From the NCBI GenBank assembly GCA_000004985.1, contig GG738911.1: a stretch of DNA of 64,000 nt, one strand, 5' to 3'. Shown one piece after another: positions 56,954-64,000 of the stretch. Positions within the stretch are counted from its first letter, which is position 1. Each line of letters starts with the position of its first letter. A program made the translations under genes and the position numbers. The notes under the pieces are model-generated. The model ran no database searches. It saw nothing but the letters and a program-made list of their open reading frames with translations, and had not been told where the DNA came from. This DNA comes from Naegleria gruberi. Its lineage: Eukaryota.

Positions 56954-57955
56954 TTAGTCATGTTTATTGGCTATTTCGATTGGATTTTCTTCAAGTGGTT
57001 GGGAAGAAAGTTCATTGCGAATAGTTTCGTCTTCATTTACTTTACTTTCGTCTTCGCTGGTTTCCGTAGTTTCTTTGGATTCTTCTTGTGTTGCTTTTTC
57101 AGGAGAGTTTTCCACATTTTCTTGTTCGTTCTCTTCCCTTGTTTCTTCCCTATTATCTGAGCTTTCAATTTCAACATTCGAATTTTCCATTTTGGCTAAT
57201 ATTAAAGTTTCATGGTATGAATTTCGATTATCAGGATCTAATTCCTTTACTTTCGAATGATCATGAACTGCCTTTTCATTTTGATTCAACTTTTGGAAAG
57301 CAAATCCTCTATAATAAAAAGCATGAACATTATTCGAATCTAATTCAATAACATCGGACAAATCTTGCACTGATTTTTCATTCTCTTCTAACAATGCATA
57401 GAATTTACCTCTCTTTTCCAGAGAAACCTTGAACAGGTCATCATTTTCATTCGAAAGTTCAATAACTCTTGTCAAATCAGAAATGGCATCTGAAAGATTA
57501 TCCAAAATTCGGTTCGTAAGTCCTCTATGAAACAGAGCTTGAACATGATCAGGCTCTTTCTCAATAAAAACGTTCAAATCATCGAGAGCTTCATTTTCCT
57601 TTCGAATTCTAATTCTGGAAATTCCTCGATATAGAAATACCATATCTGTTCCACCAAATTCGATAACTTTAGAAAAATCAGAATCTGCCTTCTTAAAATC
57701 CTCAATTTTGAAAAGATTCAATCCTCTATACAAGTAAGCATCCAGAAAAGTTTCGTCTAATTCAATAACTTTCGAATAATCATCAATTGCTTTCTTTCTA
57801 TCAAGTAGACATCCGAAAGCAGTCGCTCTTTGATAATAATTCATTGCATTTTCTTCCAGTTCAATAACTTTGGTAAAATATTCTACAGCTTTCGAATAAT
57901 CTTGCTCATTAAAAAACTTTCGTCCACTTTCTTTCAACGATTGAATGTTTTCCAT
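56954..57955 (-). CDS. TPR-repeat protein with an acidic C-terminal tail.
   Basis: ATG at 57955. About 7 TPR-like units (AVEYFTKVIELEENAMNYYQRA..., AIDDYSKVIELDETFLDAYLYRG..., etc.). The tail is E/D/S-rich. Confidence 0.7.
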   Translation of the reverse strand: MENIQSLKESGRKFFNEQDYSKAVEYFTKVIELEENAMNYYQRATAFGCLLDRKKAIDDYSKVIELDETFLDAYLYRGLNLFKIEDFKKADSDFSKVIEFGGTDMVFLYRGISRIRIRKENEALDDLNVFIEKEPDHVQALFHRGLTNRILDNLSDAISDLTRVIELSNENDDLFKVSLEKRGKFYALLEENEKSVQDLSDVIELDSNNVHAFYYRGFAFQKLNQNEKAVHDHSKVKELDPDNRNSYHETLILAKMENSNVEIESSDNREETREENEQENVENSPEKATQEESKETTETSEDESKVNEDETIRNELSSQPLEENPIEIANKHD

Positions 57956-58276
57956 TTTTTTTTATCGTAATTTTTTCCAAACCTTTCAACCTTAATGACC
58001 AATCAATTCAATCATCCCAAACCATCAACATTGTAAACATTCTAGTGCCCTTCCAATTTCTGCCTTAAATAACTCTATCAATTCTGGCCTTTCGAAAATT
58101 CTTCCAATTCAAAAAGAATTAGGCGCCAAAGAGCAAATCAATAAAAAAAAACATTAAAAAAAAATTAGCGTTAAAACTCGGCAGCGATTTTTTGCGTGTT
58201 GAAAAAAAACCTTGCTTGTGTGATCATCACGAATTTTCATCATCAAAATTAATTTATTTATTAGCGTCTTTGAAAA

Positions 58277-59041
58277 ATGACTTTAACTCATACAAATCAA
58301 CCAAGTTATGGAGCAACTCAATACGGACAACAACCACAATATATGCCTCCACAAGGTTATCCACAACAACCACAATATGCACAACAACCGCAAATGGGAT
58401 ATCAACAACCAATGATGGCTCAAACAACAGTCATTTCAACTCCATCCAATTTACAACAATATCCAAATGGTGGACCTGTTATGGAGACAATTATTGACAC
58501 ACGAATTTCTTCTGGTACTTTCCTCTCTTTGAATTTATCACCACAACTCTTGTCGAACACTTTGGGAGCTTATGGTTTTCCAAATGCTGCCAATGCTCCA
58601 GCCGATATTGAAAATAACATTATTAGACCAATCAATAATTTATTCACTCAATTCTACAACAAATCATCCAATTATGATACCTACTACATGATCTCGTTTA
58701 TTATCTTGATGATTTTAATCATTTTAACAGCTGGTTTGGGTGTAGTATTCATTTTCATCATCTTCGTCTTCCCATATTTGAAGAATAGACACATTTCATC
58801 CTTCAATGAAACTACTCAGATTCAAGTGAGAAACCTTTTACAAAAGGAAAATCAAAACAAGTATATGCCACACGGTTTGGAATGGGTTATTCTCTATGAA
58901 GTGAAACCAGGAACTAGTTCTCTCTTTACTGGTTTCACCTGTATGCAAGAAGCCAGTTTGAAACTCATTCGTGTCAGTAGACAAGTCCCAACTGTCACTA
59001 CAACTGTCACACAACAACAAGACACTTTGGTAATGAACTAA
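58277..59041 (+). CDS. Membrane protein with a prion-like Q/P/Y-rich N-terminus and one TM.
   Basis: ATG at 58277. Repeats of QQPQY / PQGYPQQPQYAQQPQMGYQQP. TM YYMISFIILMILIILTAGLGVVFIFIIFVF. Confidence 0.55.
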   Translation: MTLTHTNQPSYGATQYGQQPQYMPPQGYPQQPQYAQQPQMGYQQPMMAQTTVISTPSNLQQYPNGGPVMETIIDTRISSGTFLSLNLSPQLLSNTLGAYGFPNAANAPADIENNIIRPINNLFTQFYNKSSNYDTYYMISFIILMILIILTAGLGVVFIFIIFVFPYLKNRHISSFNETTQIQVRNLLQKENQNKYMPHGLEWVILYEVKPGTSSLFTGFTCMQEASLKLIRVSRQVPTVTTTVTQQQDTLVMN

Positions 59042-59182
59042 AATTGTAAATATGTATTAAATAATTTATTTATTCCTAGTAGATTTCCTAGATTCTTTTA
59101 GATCAATTCGATTCTCAGTTAAAATTATAAATAATAATTTATAATAATTTATAATATCAATTATCAATTATCATTAATTTGA

Positions 59183-59860
59183 TTAAAATTGATAATTATT
59201 ACGATTAATAGATTGCATCAATTTAGGTTTCACAATCATATCAATAATAATCATCATGACCATCCAAATATCACTCTTTCCAATAAAATTCAACCAAGTA
59301 ATAGTTGAAGAATATTCATTCGAAAAATCCAGCACCGAATTAAATTCCTTCTCACCCTGTGCAGTCTCCATATATAATGCTCTATGAACAAGTACTCCAA
59401 TCATGATCTTTTCCATCAAACTCGACAAGACGAAAAGTCCAAACAAGAGATTGACCCAGAGTGCTCTCTTATCAAATCTCCAAAATAATTTAACAAAGGC
59501 CACAACTATAAACAAGGCTACTCCTTGATACATCATATGATGATACCTTCCTTCTTCTCCCATTTGATGAAGTAAACTCCAAACCTTCTCCGATGACATC
59601 CATCCCCATCCAAATCTCGTTCCCAACGTTAAATGTATCCACGATGATTCATATATTTGTACATAATGATAGAAAGCATATGGAAGGGAGAGAATTAAAC
59701 CAAGAAACCAATAAAACAAGGAATTGGATCTTAAATTGGTTAAAATTGATTTCTTATTGTTGGATTTTACATATCCACTTGATGATGATGATGATGACAT
59801 AGTCGAGAATAATTTATTGGATGATGCAAAAGTTGAAGTGGAAGGCAAGGTTGTCGGCAA
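59183..59860 (-). CDS. Small multi-pass membrane protein, paralogue copy B (complete). The canonical ATG is mutated to ACG; the first in-frame ATG is 20 codons downstream at 59800.
   Basis: Track start at 59860 is TTG. Copy A has ATG TTA CCG at the homologous site; copy B has ACG TTG CCG. Upstream, in-frame, is a TAA. An internal ...STMSSSS supplies an ATG not present in copy A. Confidence 0.55.
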   Translation of the reverse strand: MPTTLPSTSTFASSNKLFSTMSSSSSSSGYVKSNNKKSILTNLRSNSLFYWFLGLILSLPYAFYHYVQIYESSWIHLTLGTRFGWGWMSSEKVWSLLHQMGEEGRYHHMMYQGVALFIVVAFVKLFWRFDKRALWVNLLFGLFVLSSLMEKIMIGVLVHRALYMETAQGEKEFNSVLDFSNEYSSTITWLNFIGKSDIWMVMMIIIDMIVKPKLMQSINRNNYQF

Positions 59861-60499
59861 CGTTTGTAATTCGAATATTTTTTAAAAATAATAATAAAAT
59901 ATTATTTTTCATTCCGTGATGAAAATCAAATTAGGAAAGGGGAATAATTTCCATCATTTCAAAGAAAAAAAAAAGCGCCAACTAAGCAAATTATTTGCTT
60001 TGAAAAAGTCGGCTAAAAGAATTGATAATATACTCATAGTAGATTTGTTGAATCCAATCATCATGATCAGTTTATTTATTGCTGCCTTGTTCGGATCAAA
60101 TAGCAGAAATTTAGATAAAACTTCCAATCAACAATTATTTGGCTATGAACAACAACAACCAGTAAATCATCATCATCCTCCTCATCAACAACAACAGCCT
60201 CCACAACAACCACAACAACAATATTATGTAAATAATCCGCAGCCTCTACCACCAAATTATCAACCTTCAATTCCGCCACCCAATCATAGAAATTCAATCA
60301 TTAGTAATAATAATATTAATAATAATAATAATTATCATCTACAACAACAACCAGTAAATCAACAACCTCCTTCTTCTACCTCTAATTCTTTCAAAGTTAA
60401 TAATAATAATTATCCTAATGTAATAACATATCCGCCACAACAGCAACAAGCAAATACTACCAATGGTTATCCACAATCACAAATTGTAGATCACAATCA
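59235..60499. repeat. Segmental duplication copy B, embedded in continuous sequence.
   Basis: Same as copy A. The real extent of the duplication is at least this long and possibly longer; copy A is cut by gaps. Confidence 0.85.
59861..60062. promoter_or_regulatory. Short bidirectional intergenic/promoter region of the duplicated divergent gene pair.
   Basis: About 200 bp AT-rich spacer between divergent CDSs. It is conserved with indels in copy A (26770-26983). Confidence 0.35.
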
Positions 60500-61607
60500 A
60501 CAACAACAACAACCTTTCTGTCCTCCTACACACCATGATCCAAATTATAATGCAATTTCTTTGGAAAGACCTAATTTACAACCTATTGATACAGATAGTA
60601 AACCATCAGCTCCTACGGAATCATTTTGTAATGGAAAACCTTCTCTCAATGAAACAATTAATGGAAATTTGAATTTTGTACCAACATTTAATGAGCATTA
60701 CCAAATTCCACCACAACAAGAATCAATTCAATTTCAACAAAATCAACAAACAATTACTCCTCCACCTCAACAAACTCAGCCAACCATGCAAACTATCAAC
60801 ATGAATATTGCAGGTATTCCACTAACTTTGCAAAAACCACTAGCTCAACCAACAGGACAACCAAACGCTCAACCTGTTACAATGAATGCTACTGTTTCTG
60901 GAGGAAATTTCAATGGTTTTGGACTTCAACCATCCAATAATGTCGACATTACAAAACCATTTACTCCAATTTCTAACACACAAATCATTTCAACAACACC
61001 AGGATTTGGACAAACATTGTGTTATCAACAAGGATATAATAATGGAATTAGAGTTAATCAGAGAGTAGTTCAAACAGGTGATCAATGGTCAACTGAACAT
61101 GAATACGGAACTTATAATGTTTGTTTTAGAATTTCACCAAAATCAGGAGAACATGCCAATAATCCATTTAGTGGACTCGTTCTAGGAGTTACTGGTATTG
61201 CAAATCATAAACCTCCTGCAGGCCATACTCACTTTATCGTATTCAACAATGTACAGCAACGAATTGAAAAGAGAGCATATCCTAATGATTGTCGCCCAGC
61301 AATAGCCGGAGCCAGATACATGCTCATGGAAAGTGTTGCCATTCCTTATAATCTAATTGCATCCTTTGAGGTTGATTGTGTTGGAGGAAGAGTCAATAAG
61401 CAAAGTCTTTCATGTGTAATTTGCATGCTAACAAATGGACATTCAATCAGAATCAACCAAGACGAAATGGATACAGTCTCATTGTCAGCAGAGAAGGCCA
61501 AATGGTTGTATCAGGCTCTGAATTATAGTCTAGCCATGTTAAAACACAAACAACAGCAACAACAAAATAATACTATACTCTCTCAAGACAATATTCAAAA
61601 TATTTAA
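60063..61607 (+). CDS. Secreted Q/N/P-rich protein with a C-terminal ~250-aa Cys-containing globular domain, paralogue copy B (complete).
   Basis: ATG at 60063 (MISLFIAALFGS signal peptide; the track start upstream is GTG). The low-complexity N-terminal half is collinear with copy A. C-terminal ...CYQQGYNNGIRVNQRVVQTGDQWSTEHEYGTYNVCFRISP... Confidence 0.6.
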   Translation: MISLFIAALFGSNSRNLDKTSNQQLFGYEQQQPVNHHHPPHQQQQPPQQPQQQYYVNNPQPLPPNYQPSIPPPNHRNSIISNNNINNNNNYHLQQQPVNQQPPSSTSNSFKVNNNNYPNVITYPPQQQQANTTNGYPQSQIVDHNQQQQQPFCPPTHHDPNYNAISLERPNLQPIDTDSKPSAPTESFCNGKPSLNETINGNLNFVPTFNEHYQIPPQQESIQFQQNQQTITPPPQQTQPTMQTINMNIAGIPLTLQKPLAQPTGQPNAQPVTMNATVSGGNFNGFGLQPSNNVDITKPFTPISNTQIISTTPGFGQTLCYQQGYNNGIRVNQRVVQTGDQWSTEHEYGTYNVCFRISPKSGEHANNPFSGLVLGVTGIANHKPPAGHTHFIVFNNVQQRIEKRAYPNDCRPAIAGARYMLMESVAIPYNLIASFEVDCVGGRVNKQSLSCVICMLTNGHSIRINQDEMDTVSLSAEKAKWLYQALNYSLAMLKHKQQQQQNNTILSQDNIQNI

Positions 61608-61748
61608 TTCTTTATTCTTTTGAATAAAGGAAATTTTCTGTAATGTGGAGACAGTCTAAATACTCATAGTTGAACATAAGACTTTGAGATATTTTTGTAA
61701 TGAGTTCAACCTGATGTAAACAGTTAAGAAGAAAGAAAACAAAAAAAA

Positions 61749-61874
61749 ATGTCTGGTGATCAACTCAATGCCGAGTTTGAAACTGCCTGTAGGAGAGGAA
61801 ATTTAAATGGTTTTCTAACAATAATGAATATTATTTCCAATCAAGAAGATAGATTTACCTTGATTAACACACCA
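61749..61874 (+). CDS. Small ankyrin-repeat protein, exon 1 of 3.
   Basis: ATG at 61749. MSGDQLNAEFETACRRGNLNGFLTIMNIISNQEDRFTLINTP. Donor GTTTTT. Confidence 0.55.
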
Positions 61875-61938
61875 GTTTTTAGAAATTTTTCTGTAGGTTT
61901 TGAAAATTAAAATTAGGATCGGAATTGACCATTGACAG

Positions 61939-62040
61939 CCACCACCAATGTATACAGTTTGGAATGGACACTTTTCAATGTTTTCCTATTTGATAGATCA
62001 TAATTTGGTAAATTTTGAAATGACTGATGAAACTGGAAAT
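61939..62040 (+). CDS. Small ankyrin-repeat protein, exon 2.
   Basis: PPPMYTVWNGHFSMFSYLIDHNLVNFEMTDETGN (ankyrin consensus TPLxxAxxxGHxxxVxxLL). Bounded by a ...GACAG acceptor (intron 1 is 61875-61938) and a GTGAGT donor. Confidence 0.6.
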
Positions 62041-62095
62041 GTGAGTTTTTAAGAATTGAATTAGAGAAATGAAATGTTTCGAAAATACTTAATAG

Positions 62096-62350
62096 ACATA
62101 TCTGCATATTGCTGCATTGAAAGGAGATTTGAATTTCATTAACAAGCTACTCAATTTAGATGAAGCTGATGTTCTTGTTAATAAGAAAGATTTTGTGGGA
62201 AAAACTGCTTTCGAATTGGCAGAACAACGAAACCGAATGGACATTGCAACCATGATTCGTTCCATCAAATATTCAAAGAAACTCCATACAGCTTTATTTA
62301 ACCAATTTTCAAAAGGAAATTTATCAGATATTCAATTTATTGTGGAATAA
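62096..62350 (+). CDS. Small ankyrin-repeat protein, exon 3.
   Basis: Intron 2 is 62041-62095 (55 nt, GTGAGT...AATAG). Exon reads TYLHIAALKGDLNFINKLLNLDEADVLVNKKDFVGKTAFELAEQRNRMDIATMIRS... Confidence 0.6.
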   Translation, partial: TYLHIAALKGDLNFINKLLNLDEADVLVNKKDFVGKTAFELAEQRNRMDIATMIRSIKYSKKLHTALFNQFSKGNLSDIQFIVE

Positions 62351-62911
62351 TTTTTATGGAAATTAGGATTTTGAAAATAAATCGAGAGTAAATTTACATC
62401 AATTAAGAGGATTTCCTGCATTGGTGGTAAGTTTCATCAACTATACATCACAAACAAGAGGATTTTCAAAAATTAGCAAAAATTATTGAAACCACTTTTG
62501 ATCTCCAAAAATTCTAAAAATGAAATTCCCAATTCTCAATCCAATTAATCTTGTCCGATGATATGATTCCTCATCAGACAAATTTAATTTCTGGAGACTA
62601 TCAATTCGTTTACACAAATTATGGAAAGTCATATGATAACAAGGAGTCTGATGTTTATGTCTTTGTGAAACGACCAAAATTCAAATTTTCATTCGAAACT
62701 TGTTATGATATTCATCAAATTTATTTTCTACATGTCGAATATGGGAATTATTTCGAAACTAGTTTCTATTTTTCAAACTTAACGCGTATGATAAGAAAAT
62801 TTTGATTTGGACTCATAAGAAATAAACAATACTTTCTGCCAATGAGCACCAACACAACACAATTAAGCAAAATCTTGAATTAATTATGTCCTCGTTTCTC
62901 CTTAATGTGAA

Positions 62912-62992
62912 GCAGGGGTTCCCGAGTGGTCAAAGGGGGTAGACTCAAGTTCTACTGCGCAAGCTTCGTGGGTTCAAATCCCACCTTCTGCA
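62912..62992 (+). tRNA. tRNA-Leu (anticodon CAA), type II with a long variable arm.
   Basis: GCAGGGGTTCCCGAGTGGTCAAAGGGGGTAGACTCAAGTTCTACTGCGCAAGCTTCGTGGGTTCAAATCCCACCTTCTGCA. Closely resembles eukaryotic tRNA-Leu. No intron. Confidence 0.85.
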
Positions 62993-63338
62993 GTTTTGCT
63001 TTTAATTTTTTACCTTAATGAGTTAATATAATTTTTGAATTAAAATATCTTGAATATAATGTCTACTAGATACCTCGAAAAGATGGAATTTTCTTTTCAA
63101 ATGTTCAAAGAGTAAATCAACAATGATGACATGGTCCTCTCCATGCCAAGCTAAAAATATCAGTAAAAAGTTTAATAATTCTTTCGACTTGTTACATACC
63201 ATAATAGGATTGTTCTTTAACTGTTCCTTTATCATTGATTGTTCGAGTTGAACTTCAAGTTTAAATGTTAATAAATAAAGCTAAAATCTATTAGCAAATG
63301 TATATGCCATTTGTATTATCTTAAGGTAATGGATGTAA

Positions 63339-63411
63339 GGGGACTTGGCGCAGTCGGTAGCGCGTAGGTCTCATAATCCTAAGGTCGTGAGTTCGATCCT
63401 CACAGTCCCCA
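63339..63411 (+). tRNA. Elongator tRNA-Met (anticodon CAU).
   Basis: GGGGACTTGGCGCAGTCGGTAGCGCGTAGGTCTCATAATCCTAAGGTCGTGAGTTCGATCCTCACAGTCCCCA. D-arm through T-arm nearly identical to animal elongator tRNA-Met. The T-loop GTTCGATCC has T54, so it is not an initiator. Confidence 0.85.
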
Positions 63412-63558
63412 AGATTTTGCTCTTTTGAAAATCCTTATTCATTCCTACTCCAATATCACCTTGTTGCCTTAAAAAAAATTTAACAATAAAAAATTACCAG
63501 GCTCAAAGTAGCTGCTACTTGGGCGATTCACAAATAACCAATTACTTTTAAATTTAGC

Positions 63559-63810
63559 ATGCTGATGATGAATTCCTCATCACCCACTACTTCCTCACAA
63601 CTCGTAGTAGATGATCATGAGGGATCGACACCAAATTCCAGCACTGAAATTAACTTCCTCTCACCTACCACTCTCTCGGATGGTCCATTTACTTCATCTA
63701 CATTAACTTCCCCAACAAATTCTCTATCTATTCTTTCCAGTCAGCAACTAACTTCACAACAATTAATTGCCTCATCAAATTCTTCAACCTCTGATCAACA
63801 ACATATCTGA
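63559..63810 (+). CDS. Small S/T-rich ORF of 83 aa; possibly a 5' exon or low-complexity leader of a gene continuing beyond the window.
   Basis: ATG at 63559. A second frame, open from 63767 to the window end, encodes non-low-complexity sequence (...PYVLSPHSTVLIHEYPNGPIREKLVEMVYSPLDTQQYLRFAGGRAI) with no ATG. This suggests a spliced gene. Confidence 0.25.
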   Translation: MLMMNSSSPTTSSQLVVDDHEGSTPNSSTEINFLSPTTLSDGPFTSSTLTSPTNSLSILSSQQLTSQQLIASSNSSTSDQQHI

Positions 63811-64000
63811 GAGACTTCCCAGAACAAGTTTTATAGCTCAACGAAAGGAAGAATCAGAGAGACCATATGTTCTCTCTCCACACTCAACAGTGTTGATTCA
63901 TGAATATCCGAATGGTCCTATCAGGGAGAAATTAGTTGAAATGGTTTATTCTCCATTGGATACTCAACAATATTTGAGATTTGCTGGTGGGAGAGCAATT

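Overview
This is eukaryotic nuclear DNA. It is AT-rich, uses the standard genetic code, and has short GT..AG introns of about 55-130 nt. The window starts at a chromosome or scaffold end with a (CCCAAA)n telomere tract (G-strand TTTGGG). Its first 32 kb is a badly assembled subtelomeric zone: four N-gaps of 24,251, 50, 50 and 3,354 nt, a second telomere tract in the same orientation at 27.5 kb, and a degenerate telomere-like tract at 32.2 kb. The subtelomeric contigs contain a hAT-like transposase fragment and one copy of a ~1.3 kb segmental duplication carrying a divergent gene pair; the second copy lies at 59.2-60.5 kb. Sequence from 31.8 kb onward is continuous and gene-dense. It encodes a vWA-domain protein, a large type-I membrane glycoprotein split over two ORFs, and a receptor-type nucleotidyl cyclase with two TM helices and an atypical catalytic core. 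It also encodes a KCTD/BTB protein, an ankyrin-repeat protein, a two-exon Nu/YfcG-like GST, a TPR protein and a small three-exon ankyrin protein. The most notable gene spans two overlapping ORFs and appears to be a single adhesion-GPCR-like receptor: NHL repeats, EGF-like modules, a GPS motif, 7TM and a C-terminal RGS domain. Four tRNA genes are present: Thr-AGU, Glu-CUC, Leu-CAA and elongator Met-CAU. Many proteins carry Q/N/P-rich low-complexity tracts encoded by CAA/AAT microsatellites. I cannot assign a species; the features suggest a protist-grade eukaryote. The ORF track accepts TTG/GTG starts, so I re-anchored starts to ATG where possible. Coordinates I derived by hand (tRNAs, introns) may be off by 1-2 nt.
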